NCBI GenBank assembly: GCA_016871275.1
Contig: VFZG01000012.1
Location: 4,646 to 68,645 of the forward strand
DNA from: Acidimicrobiia bacterium
GTDB taxonomy: Bacteria > Acidobacteriota > Vicinamibacteria > Vicinamibacterales > UBA2999
Length of the DNA: 64,000 nt
Direction: 5' to 3'
This document shows positions 9,022-18,466 of the stretch, one piece after another (within the stretch, counting starts at the first letter, position 1; each line of letters opens with the position of its first letter). Position numbers and translations under genes: made by a program. The notes beneath the pieces were generated by a model. The model worked only from the letters and a program-made list of their open reading frames with translations, ran no database searches and was not told the origin of the DNA.

Positions 9022-10127
9022 GCGAGCCACGGCCCGTCTACCGGTCGCCAGCGGAACTCGATGCGCAGTTCCGCGAGAGCCGTATCCAGACGCTCATCAC
9101 CGTCAACCTGCACACCTACTGGTCGATCGTCATCATTCTCCTGGCGTTCGGCCTGTGGGACGCCTACGTCGATCCCGTCAATTGGCCGAACGCCTTCGCG
9201 GTTCGCTTCGCCGGCGCGGTGATCGTCGCCGCCACCGGCCTGTTCCAGAACCTGCCTGGCAGGGCGCGATGGATGGTGCCGCTGGCGAAGGTCCGGCTGC
9301 TCGTGGCGGCCGTGGTATCCATCGTCGCGGCGTCGATGCTCGACCGGGGCTACGGGTTCGGCGTGGCCGGCCTGATCGTCATCTTCCTCACCGGTCCGTA
9401 CGTGGCCATCGACTCGCGCGATCTGGTGATGACCCATGCGTTGACGCTCATCGCCGTGGCGGTGACGATCGTCGCGCTCTCGATGGATCCGTTCGACATC
9501 GCCGGCACGGTGGTGTTCGTCGTCCTGGCCAGCGTGGTGAGCACGCTGCTGGGGCGCGTGCTCGAGAGCTCGTATCGACGGAACTTCCTGCTCGAACTCG
9601 AGGAGCATCGAGACGCACGGACCGATACGCTCACCGGGCTGGCCAATCGCCGGGCCATGCAGGAGCGCGGCCACGTTGAACTCAAGTTTGCGAAGCGCTC
9701 CAGCGCGCCCGTGTCGGTGATCCTGTGCGACCTCGATCACTTCAAGAACATCAACGACCGCCACGGGCATGAAGCCGGCGACGCCGCGCTGGTCAGGGTG
9801 GCGCAGGTGTTGCGGGGGGCGCTCCGCGAAAGCGACGCGCTCGGCCGCTGGGGCGGTGAGGAATTCATCGCCGTGCTGCCGGCGACCGACGCCGCCGGTG
9901 CGCGCGAGGTGGCCGAGCGCATGCGGGCCGCCATCGCGTCAACGGTGTTCCCCGATCACTCCGGCCACATCACGATCAGCCTCGGGGTGACGACATCGGA
10001 AGACGTCGAGGACGCGCTGCTGGAGTGGGACCTCATGATCAAGGAGGCGGATCAGCGTCTGTATCACGCCAAGCACGCGGGCCGCAATCGCGTGGTGGCG
10101 GACGTCCCCGCCTCCGCCGGCGCGTGA
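9018..10127 (+). CDS. Membrane-anchored diguanylate cyclase (GGDEF domain)
   Basis: N-terminal hydrophobic helices, then LTGLANRR...LCDLDHFKNINDRHGH...RESDALGRWGGEEF. It has a GGEEF active site with an RxxD I-site. ATG overlaps the selA stop (ATGA). Confidence 0.9.
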   Translation: MSEPRPVYRSPAELDAQFRESRIQTLITVNLHTYWSIVIILLAFGLWDAYVDPVNWPNAFAVRFAGAVIVAATGLFQNLPGRARWMVPLAKVRLLVAAVVSIVAASMLDRGYGFGVAGLIVIFLTGPYVAIDSRDLVMTHALTLIAVAVTIVALSMDPFDIAGTVVFVVLASVVSTLLGRVLESSYRRNFLLELEEHRDARTDTLTGLANRRAMQERGHVELKFAKRSSAPVSVILCDLDHFKNINDRHGHEAGDAALVRVAQVLRGALRESDALGRWGGEEFIAVLPATDAAGAREVAERMRAAIASTVFPDHSGHITISLGVTTSEDVEDALLEWDLMIKEADQRLYHAKHAGRNRVVADVPASAGA

Positions 10128-10162
10128 CGCCGCGCAGACAGACGGACGAGGGCCCTCGGCCG

Positions 10163-10847
10163 CTACTTGAGATCGCACACGAGACACTGCGCCGCCGAGA
10201 GCAGGTAGTTCCGGGCGTTGGCGCTGATTTGCCGCTCGCCGATTTCCGTCAGGGCCTGCGCTTTGAGGCGCCGGGCAACGGGGCTCGCCGCATCCAGGGC
10301 GGGAACGAAATCTGCCAGCTCAGCGGCCCATTGAAACTCGCCGCCCGCCAAGGCCGGAGCCGTACTGGTTGCCGCCGTCCTTGTTGGCCCGCCCAATGTC
10401 GGGCGCTCGCTCTGCCAGCAATTGGTGGCTGTAGATGTCTGGCTGGTCGTTTGCCGGAAAACGCGGCAGCGCCGCCGACGTGATCGGGGTGAAAGTGCGT
10501 GTAAACGATGGCGCGCACCGGCGCCCTCGAGATCTTGTCGAACTCCGCCCTGACCTCTCGCGCGTCCGCGACGTTCGAGAGCGTGTCGACGATGATCGAC
10601 CCGCCATCGCCCTGGATCAGGATGGCGTTTCCAAGCGAGTAGCCAACGGCGACATGAACGCCGTCAACGACCTTGATGACCTCCTCCCGGAACTCGTGGC
10701 TGTGCGCGCGCAGTTGCTCGCGGCCGGTGTTGATGTGATGGATGTCGAGCGTGCGGGTGACCATTTTGGAAACGTGCGGTCGACCTGCCCGCTCGTGGCG
10801 ACGGCCAACGTCGCAACGGCGGCACACACGGCCGGAAGCGGCTTCAT
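10163..10847 (-). pseudogene. Decayed alkyl/aryl-sulfatase-like MBL-fold hydrolase (frameshifts plus a large internal deletion)
   Basis: Homologous pieces lie in three frames. These are the signal peptide MKPLPAVCAAVATLAVA; the MBL core ...GYSLGNAILIQGDGGSIIVDT...IVYTHFHPDHVGG; a piece IYSHQLLAERAP...; and the dimerisation-domain end GEFQWAAELADFV...QALTEIGERQISANARNYLLSAAQ. Only about 685 nt is available for a family that is normally about 600+ aa. Confidence 0.65.
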
Positions 10848-10881
10848 CGCATCACCTCATCCAGGGCCTTGCACAACGCAC

Positions 10882-11199
10882 CTACTGCTTCAACGCGACA
10901 CGAATCAGGTGAATTCTCTGCGTCTTGCTGAGATTGGTGATCGAGTGAGGCGCTTGCGGTCCCTGCCCATTGGTAACCGGGTAGGTAATCGCGGCCGCCT
11001 AACGCGAGTCGAACAGGACTCGACCCTCGCCGTCTCGGTCGATGAAGTCACCTGCCTGGTCAATGTGAAGGACACTGGGCCAGCGATGCGCATGGGTCGG
11101 TTCCGTTTCGCCGGGCTCAACGGTGACGTCCAGAACCCGAACGCGGTCCGTTTCAAGCAGCACCCGATGGTTGGCCGGTGCGGCCGCGACCGCATCCAT
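10882..11199 (-). pseudogene. Cupin-domain protein interrupted by an in-frame TAG
   Basis: MDAVAAAPANHRVLLETDRVRVLDVTVEPGETEPTHAHRWPSVLHI...VLFDSR, then TAG (10999-11001). The same frame continues AAAITYPVTNGQGPQAPHSITNLSKTQRIHLIRVALKQ to TAG at 10882-10884. The continuation looks like the normal cupin C-terminus. Confidence 0.6.
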
Positions 11200-11368
11200 C
11201 GTCTCGGGCCGCCACGACCAGCACCCGCGACTCGGTGTCAGACCGTGCATGGCCGGCGGCGACCTCAGTGGCCGGATGCTGCCGCAGCATTGGGGGAGTG
11301 TTGTTGGGCCCGGCGGGCAGCGGCAGTGACGGCTGGCTGAATCGCAGACTCGTGCAAATGAAACCGGA

Positions 11369-12808
11369 TTAGAAGATCGTCGAAATCGACTGCTGCGCGA
11401 GATCGATCAGGCGCGTTGGCAGAACGCCCAGGTAGAGCACGCCAATCAAGGCCGCCACCAGCCCACCCATCGCCACTGGGTGAACCGGCGGCGGGATCGG
11501 GCGGGCGTCGCGGTCGGTCATGTACATCATCACCACGATGCGCAGGTAGAAGAACACCGAGACGACGCTCGACAGCACGCCGATGATCGCCAGGCCGTAA
11601 TACCCCGAGCCAATCGCGGCCGAGAACACATACCACTTGGCAATGAAGCCCGCCGTCGGCGGGAAGCCGCCAAGCGACAGCAGGAACAGCGTCATCAACG
11701 TGGCCAGGGCCGGATGCGTGTGCCACAGGCCGGCGTAGTCACGGAGGTCGTCGTTGGCGCGCTCGCGCGTGCCGAGGATTGCAATGATGCCGAACGCGCC
11801 AAGATTGGTCAGCGCATACGCGGCCAGATAGAACAGAATCGCCGCCTTGCCGACGTCGGTGCCGACGACCAGCGCCGCCAGAATATAGCCGCCGTGCGCA
11901 ATGCTCGAGTAGGCCAGCATGCGCTTCAGGCTGGTCTGCGCCACACCGACCACGGTGCCGACGACCATCGTCGCCGCCGCGATCCACCACAGCACCGGCG
12001 CCCAGTCGGCGATCATCGGGTCCAGGCCCTTCAGGAAGACGCGCACGAAGGCGGCAATGGCCGCGGCTTTGACACCGGTCGACATGAAGCCGGTGACAAT
12101 GGTCGGCGCGCCTTCGTAGGCGTCCGGCGACCACATGTGGAACGGCACCGCCGCAACCTTGAACGCGAAGCCGACAATCAGCAGACCAATGCCGAGCAGG
12201 ATCATCGGATTGCCGCTCATCGACTGCGCGGCAATCGCCGTGGACATGCGCTCGATGTTGGTGGTGCCGGTCACGCCATACAGGAACGCAATGCCATAGA
12301 GGAAGAACGAGCTGGCAAACGCGCCGAGCAGGAAGTACTTGAACGCCGCTTCGGTGCTCTGCTGCTGGTCGCGCCGGATGCCGGTCAGGATGTAGACCGC
12401 GATCGACATGGTCTCGAGCGCCAGGAAGATCACCAGCAGATCGGTGGCCTGCCCCATCAGCATCATGCCGACAATGGCAAACAGCAGCATGGCGTAGTAC
12501 TCGCCCGCGGGCAGCCGATCGCGATCGACGGTTTGCGACGAGAACACGACGGTCAGGATGCCGACGCCGACCAGGACGAGGTTCACGAACAACGCGAAGT
12601 TGTCGGCGGTCACGGCGCCGAAGCTTTCGGCGTTGCTGTCCCAGAGCAGGATCGAGGCCGCGCCGGCGCCGAGCAGGCCGATGATGGCGAGGCCGCCAAT
12701 CGGCATGTGCTCGCCCTTGCGGCGAAACGCCTCGGCCAGCAGGACCACGAGGCCCGCCAGCGTGACGCAGATGATCGGGATGACGGCGTCGAACTGGCCG
12801 CTGGTCAT
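11369..12808 (-). CDS. nuoN: NADH-quinone oxidoreductase subunit N
   Basis: 479-aa polytopic antiporter-like protein, last gene of the nuo operon. ATG overlaps the nuoM stop. Confidence 0.95.
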   Translation of the reverse strand: MTSGQFDAVIPIICVTLAGLVVLLAEAFRRKGEHMPIGGLAIIGLLGAGAASILLWDSNAESFGAVTADNFALFVNLVLVGVGILTVVFSSQTVDRDRLPAGEYYAMLLFAIVGMMLMGQATDLLVIFLALETMSIAVYILTGIRRDQQQSTEAAFKYFLLGAFASSFFLYGIAFLYGVTGTTNIERMSTAIAAQSMSGNPMILLGIGLLIVGFAFKVAAVPFHMWSPDAYEGAPTIVTGFMSTGVKAAAIAAFVRVFLKGLDPMIADWAPVLWWIAAATMVVGTVVGVAQTSLKRMLAYSSIAHGGYILAALVVGTDVGKAAILFYLAAYALTNLGAFGIIAILGTRERANDDLRDYAGLWHTHPALATLMTLFLLSLGGFPPTAGFIAKWYVFSAAIGSGYYGLAIIGVLSSVVSVFFYLRIVVMMYMTDRDARPIPPPVHPVAMGGLVAALIGVLYLGVLPTRLIDLAQQSISTIF

Positions 12809-14463
12809 CGCCCACCTCCGCTGACGTTCCGGGAGGCCAGCGTCTCAGCCGCCACCGTCACGGGTCGCACGGCCGGCGCGACCTCCTGCGGGCGTGCGGG
12901 CGTCTGCTTCTCAGCAGTCGGCGCGTTCGGCTTCGGTTTCAGAGACTCTGGCAACACCGCTTCCACGCGCAACGGCTGGCGCGCCTGCACGCGCTCGACC
13001 AGGCGCTGCACCGCCGGCTCCATGGGCTTGAGCAACACGTTCGGGACCACGCCCATGCCAATCGCCGCCGCGGCCAGCGGACCGACGATCGCCCACTCGC
13101 GGAACGATAGATCGGGCAGGCCGGTGTTGTGATCGTTGGTGAGTTTGCCGTAGAACACCCGCTGGAACATCCACAGCATGTAGACGGCCGACAGAATCAC
13201 GCCGAGCGCCGCGATCACCACGAACCGGGGATCCCACTTGAAGGCGCCCAGCATGATCAGGAACTCACCGATGAAGCCGTTCATGCCGGGCAGGCCGATC
13301 GACGACAACGTGATGATCAGCATCACTGCGGTCAGGCGCGGCATGGTGGCCTTCAACCCGCCGAATTCGCTGATCTGGCGCGTGTGCCGGCGATCCGACA
13401 ACATGCCGACGATGCAGAACAGCGCGCCGGTACTGATGCCGTGGGCCAGCATCTGGTACGAGGCGCCCTGGACGCCCTGAACGTTGAACGCGGCAATGCC
13501 GAGGATGACGAAGCCCATGTGGCTGACCGACGAGTAGGCCACCAGCTTCTTCATGTCGGGCTGCACCATCGCCACCAGCGCGCCATAGACAATGGCAATC
13601 ACCGACAGCGTGGCAAGCAGCGGCGCGAAGTAGAGCGCGGCTTCGGGGAACAGCGGGAACGCCAGCCGGATCAGGCCGTAGCCGCCCATCTTCAGCATCA
13701 CCCCGGCCAGGATCACCGAACCGGGTGTCGGCGCCTGCACGTGCGCATCGGGCAGCCACGTGTGGAACGGGAACAGCGGCACCTTGATGATGAAGGCGAG
13801 CGTGAACGCCAGGAACAGCCAGTACTGCGTGCCCTCGGGGATCTGCAGTTCGTACAGCTTCAACAGGTCGAAGCTGTATTCGCCGGTCATGGTCTGGTGC
13901 ATCCACGACAGGCCGATGATCGCGACCAGCATCAGCACGCTGCCGGCCATGGTGTAGAGGATGAACTTGATCGCCGCGTAGATGCGCTGGTCGTAGCCCC
14001 AGATGCCGATCAGGAAGTACATCGGGATCAGGACGAAGTCCCAGAAGATGTAGAACAGGAAGATGTCGAGCGCCACGAACACGCCCAGCATCGACGCCTC
14101 GAGCAGCAGCATGAAGATCGAGAATTCCTTGACCTTCTTCTCAATGCTCTCCCACGACGACAGCAGCGCGATTGGCGTCAAAAAACCGGTCAGCACCAGC
14201 AGCATCAGGCTGAGGCCGTCCATACCGAGGGAGTAGTCAATGCCGAACGCGGGGATCCACGGCACGCGCTCGACGAACTGGAACGCCGCGGCCTCGGCCG
14301 ACGAATCGAATCCGGCCCACAGCGCCAGCGTGATCGCGAAGACGGCCAGCGAGGCGCCGAGGGCGACGTAGCGAATCAGCGCGTCCTTCGAGCCGTCCCG
14401 GTTGGGGATCAGCATCAGCAGGATGGCGCCGATGATCGGCGTGACGATCGCGAGGGTCAGCAT
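12805..14463 (-). CDS. nuoM: NADH-quinone oxidoreductase subunit M (with a Pro/Ala-rich C-terminal tail)
   Basis: 552 aa, with WLPDAHVQAPTPGSVILAG and other NuoM/ND4 motifs. Confidence 0.95.
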   Translation of the reverse strand: MLTLAIVTPIIGAILLMLIPNRDGSKDALIRYVALGASLAVFAITLALWAGFDSSAEAAAFQFVERVPWIPAFGIDYSLGMDGLSLMLLVLTGFLTPIALLSSWESIEKKVKEFSIFMLLLEASMLGVFVALDIFLFYIFWDFVLIPMYFLIGIWGYDQRIYAAIKFILYTMAGSVLMLVAIIGLSWMHQTMTGEYSFDLLKLYELQIPEGTQYWLFLAFTLAFIIKVPLFPFHTWLPDAHVQAPTPGSVILAGVMLKMGGYGLIRLAFPLFPEAALYFAPLLATLSVIAIVYGALVAMVQPDMKKLVAYSSVSHMGFVILGIAAFNVQGVQGASYQMLAHGISTGALFCIVGMLSDRRHTRQISEFGGLKATMPRLTAVMLIITLSSIGLPGMNGFIGEFLIMLGAFKWDPRFVVIAALGVILSAVYMLWMFQRVFYGKLTNDHNTGLPDLSFREWAIVGPLAAAAIGMGVVPNVLLKPMEPAVQRLVERVQARQPLRVEAVLPESLKPKPNAPTAEKQTPARPQEVAPAVRPVTVAAETLASRNVSGGGR

Positions 14464-14541
14464 GCCAGGGCCACCGAAAGCTCCGCGTCCCCGACCAGGG
14501 CCGCAGACAGCGCAGATGACACAGAACTCTTCATCGCCGGG

Positions 14542-16593
14542 TCATCTCCACAAGTAGTAGGCCAGCACCGCGACTGCGCCTACGAACATCGATGCCGCAT
14601 AGGTCTTGACCGACCCGTTCTGCAGCAGGCGGAGCACGACGCTCACGCCGCTCACCAGGTAGCCGGCGCCGTTGACGGCGCCGTCCACGACCTTGACGTC
14701 GAAGCCGCGCCATAACCCTTCGGTGGACATGACTTTGATCGGCTGGACGATGGTGGCGTCGTACAACTCGTCGACGTAGTACTTGTTCAACAGCAGCCGG
14801 TGCACGCCAGGATACTGGGCGGCCAGCCGCGCCGGAATCTGCCGGTTCTTCAGCCACAGCAACGTGGCCAGGAGGATGCCGGCAAACGCCAGCAGCGACG
14901 ACACGCCCATCAACGTCAGCTCGAGCGCGGTATGGTCTCCGCTGCGCTCTTCGATCGGTGTGCACTCCGCAATCGCCAGGCCCGCCAGACCACCGGTCGT
15001 GACCTCCTGGCCGCAGTTGGTGGCGTTGAACACCGGCTTGAGCCACTCGTGCAGGTTCGCATGACCACCGACGGCGTGCGGGACGTTCACGTAGCCGGCG
15101 ACGATCGAACCAACGGCGAGCACCACCAGCGCCGTCGCCATCGGCCACGGTGCGTCGTGCGGCGCGCCGTGCCCGTGGGCGCCTGAGTGTCCGTGCGCCT
15201 GGATGGCCGGCTGCGCGGGTGCGTGGTGGTCGTCGTGGCCGTGCGCCTCGGAATGGCCGAAGCGCTCCTCGCCGTGGAAGGTCAGGTGCACGAGGCGCCA
15301 CATGTAGGTGGCGGTCAGCAACGACGTCACCGCGCCGACCACCCACAGCAGCTGGTGGCCTTCGACGAAGGTCTCGAACAGGATTTCATCCTTCGAGAAA
15401 AAGCCCGACAGCAGCGGCACACCGGCAATCGCCACCGACGCGATCACGAACGTCCAGTAGGTGATCGGAATGTGCTTCTTGAGGCCGCCCATCTTGCGGA
15501 TGTCCTGCTCGCCGTGCAGCGCGTGAATCACCGCGCCGGAGCCGAGGAACAGGCAGGCCTTGAAGAACGCGTGGGTGTAGAGGTGGAAAATGCCGGCGCC
15601 ATAGGCGCCGACGCCCATCGCCAGGAACATGTAGCCCAGCTGCGAGACGGTGGAATACGCCAGCACGCGCTTGATGTCGTTCTGCACCAGGCCGATTGTG
15701 CCGGCGAACAACGCCGTGGCGGCGCCAACCACGGCAACGATCTGGAGCGTCATCGGCGCATGCTCGAACAACATCGCATTGCGGCCAATCATGTAGACGC
15801 CCGCGGTCACCATGGTGGCGGCGTGGATCAGTGCCGACACCGGGGTCGGGCCTTCCATCGCGTCCGGCAGCCATGTGTAGAGCGGGATCTGCGCCGACTT
15901 GCCGGTCGCGCCGATGAACATCAGCAGCGTGATCAGCGACAGCGTGCCAAAACCCGTCTCGACGGGCATGGCCTTGGCCGCCAGCGCCATGGTGTTGAAG
16001 TCGAGCGAGTTGAAGGTGACGACCAGCAGCAGCGCGCCGAGGATGAACGCGAAGTCGCCGACGCGATTGACGACGAACGCCTTCTTGGCGGCGTCGGCGG
16101 CCGACTGCTTCTGGTAGTAGAAGCCAATCAGCAGGTACGAGCAGAGGCCGACGCCTTCCCAGCCGACGAACATCACCAGGACGTTCGAGCCGAGCACCAG
16201 CATCAGCATGAAGAAGCAGAACAAATTGAGGTACGAGAAGAACCGCGCGAAGTCGGCGTCGGTCTCCTCGTGCATGTACGAGGTGGAATACAGGTGAATC
16301 AGCGAGCCGATGCCGGTGACGACCAGAATCATCACCGCCGACAGCGCGTCGAGCCGCAGCGCCAGGTCGAGCGTGAAGTCGCCAACCGCGATCCAGTTGA
16401 ACAGCAGCTGGTTGATCTGCCGGTTCTCGGGCGGCATGGCGGCCAGCGCCAGCACCTGCATTACCGAGATCACGAACGACACCGCCATCAGCGCGGTGGC
16501 CAGGCCGCCGGACACGGACTTCGGCAGCCGCCTGCCGATGAAGGCGTTGACGAGGAAGCCGCCGAGCGGAAGCAGTGGAATGAGTGCTAGCAC
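14542..16593 (-). CDS. nuoL: NADH-quinone oxidoreductase subunit L
   Basis: 683 aa with NuoL/ND5 motifs (WEGVGLCSYLLIGF, TWLPDAMEGPTPVSALIHAATMV) and a long C-terminal lateral-helix region. Confidence 0.95.
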   Translation of the reverse strand: MLALIPLLPLGGFLVNAFIGRRLPKSVSGGLATALMAVSFVISVMQVLALAAMPPENRQINQLLFNWIAVGDFTLDLALRLDALSAVMILVVTGIGSLIHLYSTSYMHEETDADFARFFSYLNLFCFFMLMLVLGSNVLVMFVGWEGVGLCSYLLIGFYYQKQSAADAAKKAFVVNRVGDFAFILGALLLVVTFNSLDFNTMALAAKAMPVETGFGTLSLITLLMFIGATGKSAQIPLYTWLPDAMEGPTPVSALIHAATMVTAGVYMIGRNAMLFEHAPMTLQIVAVVGAATALFAGTIGLVQNDIKRVLAYSTVSQLGYMFLAMGVGAYGAGIFHLYTHAFFKACLFLGSGAVIHALHGEQDIRKMGGLKKHIPITYWTFVIASVAIAGVPLLSGFFSKDEILFETFVEGHQLLWVVGAVTSLLTATYMWRLVHLTFHGEERFGHSEAHGHDDHHAPAQPAIQAHGHSGAHGHGAPHDAPWPMATALVVLAVGSIVAGYVNVPHAVGGHANLHEWLKPVFNATNCGQEVTTGGLAGLAIAECTPIEERSGDHTALELTLMGVSSLLAFAGILLATLLWLKNRQIPARLAAQYPGVHRLLLNKYYVDELYDATIVQPIKVMSTEGLWRGFDVKVVDGAVNGAGYLVSGVSVVLRLLQNGSVKTYAASMFVGAVAVLAYYLWR

Positions 16594-16597
16594 CTGA

Positions 16598-16897
16598 TCA
16601 CCACTTCAACGAGGTAAAGGCTTCGGGATTCAGCGACTCGCGATGGCGGAACAGGCCAATCACCAGCGCCAGTCCGACCGCGGCTTCCGCCGCGGCCACC
16701 GTCATCACGAAGAACGTGATGATCTGCCCGTCCACCGCGCCCCACTGCCGCCCGAAGGCGACGAACGCCAGGTTGACGGCATTCAACATCAGCTCGACCG
16801 ACAGCAGCAGCGTGATCAGGTTGCGGCGCAGGAAGACGCCGGCCGTGCCGATGGCAAACAGCAGGCCTGACAGCACGAGATAGTGTCCTAGGGGCAT
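16598..16897 (-). CDS. nuoK: NADH-quinone oxidoreductase subunit K
   Basis: An internal ATG (16895-16897) of track ORF 16598..17170 gives the 99-aa [26 protein letters not shown]...[11 protein letters not shown]. Confidence 0.95.
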   Translation of the reverse strand: MPLGHYLVLSGLLFAIGTAGVFLRRNLITLLLSVELMLNAVNLAFVAFGRQWGAVDGQIITFFVMTVAAAEAAVGLALVIGLFRHRESLNPEAFTSLKW

Positions 16898-16899
16898 GA

Positions 16900-17427
16900 C
16901 TACTCGTCCCTCTTGCGCGCCAGGATCACCGCGCCGACCATCGCCGCGATGATCAGGATCGACGTGACTTCGAACGCGAACATGTAATCGGTGAACAGCA
17001 CCCGGCCCAGCTCCTGCACCGACGAGACCGCCGGGCGATCGAGGTCGATCGGCACGCCCAGCCCGCTGGTGCGCGACAGCGCCCAACCGAGTTGCAGGGC
17101 CAGCAGCACCGCCAGCACGCCGCCGACGCGAACCGCGAACGGCCGGTACAACGGATGCGAGCGATCCCACTCCGCCGCGTCTTCGCGCGTCGCATTCAGC
17201 AGCATGACGGTGAACAAAAACAGCACCATGATGGCGCCGGCGTAAATGATGATCTGCGCCACCGCCACGAACGGCGCCTCGAGCAGCACGTAGAGCCCGG
17301 CCAGGCCGAAGAACGAGGCGATGATCGACAGCACGCTGTAGACCGGGTTCCGCTGCGTGACCACCGCCAGCGCGCCCAGCACCGTCACGCCGCCGAAGAG
17401 GTAGAACAACAGCGCGTCAGAGGCCAA
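16900..17427 (-). CDS. nuoJ: NADH-quinone oxidoreductase subunit J
   Basis: 175 aa, [34 protein letters not shown]..., typical of NuoJ/ND6. Confidence 0.9.
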   Translation of the reverse strand: MASDALLFYLFGGVTVLGALAVVTQRNPVYSVLSIIASFFGLAGLYVLLEAPFVAVAQIIIYAGAIMVLFLFTVMLLNATREDAAEWDRSHPLYRPFAVRVGGVLAVLLALQLGWALSRTSGLGVPIDLDRPAVSSVQELGRVLFTDYMFAFEVTSILIIAAMVGAVILARKRDE

Positions 17428-18466
17428 AGTAGAGCACCCCCGCGGCTGTGACGAGCAGGTTGATGGTGGCCAGCGGCAACAGCACCTTCCATCCGAACGA
17501 CATCAGCTGGTCGTAGCGGAAGCGAGGCAGCGTCCAGCGCAACCAGAGATACACGAACAGCAGGAACGCGAGCTTGATCACGAACCAGATCCAGCCGTAG
17601 GTGGCGGGAACGAACGGACCGTGCCAGCCGCCGAGGAACAGGTTCACGGCCACCGCCGAGACCGTCACCATGTTGATGTACTCCGCCATGAAGAACATCG
17701 CGAAGCGCATCGAGCTGTATTCGGTGTGATAGCCCGCGACCAGTTCCTGCTCGGCTTCCGGGAAGTCGAACGGCGCGCGGTTGGTTTCCGCCACGCCCGC
17801 GCACGCGAACACGAAGAAGGCGACCGGCTGCAGGAAGATGTACCACTTCGGGATGAACCCGAACCAGTAGCCCGACTGCTGATCGACCATCTCGGTCAGC
17901 GACATCGAACCCGCCATCATCACCACCGTCGCCAGCGACATGCCGTAGGCCAGCTCGTAGCTGATCATCTGCGCCGAGCTGCGCAGGCCGCCGAGCAGCG
18001 AGTACTTCGAGTTGCTCGCCCAGCCCGCCAGCACGATGCCGTAGACGCCCATCGAGGCCACGGCGAAGATCACCAGCACCGCGACGTTGACGTCGGACAC
18101 CTGCAGCTTGATCGGCTCGTCGAGCAGGCCGAAGAAGGTGGTCGGCGCGCCGAACGGCACCGGCGCGAACGCCAGGTAGGCCGCCGCCACGGAAATGATG
18201 GGCGCCAGCGTGAACAGGAACGCGTCTGCGGCCTTCGGCCGCAGTTCCTCCTTGAAGAACAACTTGAGGATGTCGGCGATCGGCTGGAGCAGGCCCTTGG
18301 GGCCGACCAGGTACGGACCATAACGCTGCTGCATCAGCGCCGCGACTTTCCGCTCGGCATAGACCATGACCGCAGCCATGATCTGCAGGCCCATGAACAC
18401 GACGCCGACGATGACGGCGTAGGCGATGGTCTGGGGCGCCGTCAGGATTTCGATGATGCCCTGCAT
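17417..18466 (-). CDS. nuoH: NADH-quinone oxidoreductase subunit H
   Basis: An internal ATG (18464-18466) of track ORF 17417..19204 gives MQGIIEILT...AERKVAALMQQRYGPYLVGPKGLLQPIADILKLFFKE. 349 aa. Confidence 0.95.
   Translation of the reverse strand: MQGIIEILTAPQTIAYAVIVGVVFMGLQIMAAVMVYAERKVAALMQQRYGPYLVGPKGLLQPIADILKLFFKEELRPKAADAFLFTLAPIISVAAAYLAFAPVPFGAPTTFFGLLDEPIKLQVSDVNVAVLVIFAVASMGVYGIVLAGWASNSKYSLLGGLRSSAQMISYELAYGMSLATVVMMAGSMSLTEMVDQQSGYWFGFIPKWYIFLQPVAFFVFACAGVAETNRAPFDFPEAEQELVAGYHTEYSSMRFAMFFMAEYINMVTVSAVAVNLFLGGWHGPFVPATYGWIWFVIKLAFLLFVYLWLRWTLPRFRYDQLMSFGWKVLLPLATINLLVTAAGVLYFGL

Noticed and set aside
10999-11001. Possible TAG reassignment or programmed read-through, given two in-frame TAGs (10999 and 23917).
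   Set aside because: Many high-confidence genes in the same window terminate at TAG at their expected ends (trm112-like, purH, csp, gmhA, lysW, pirin). Both affected genes also sit in regions with other decay. Pseudogenisation is the simpler explanation.
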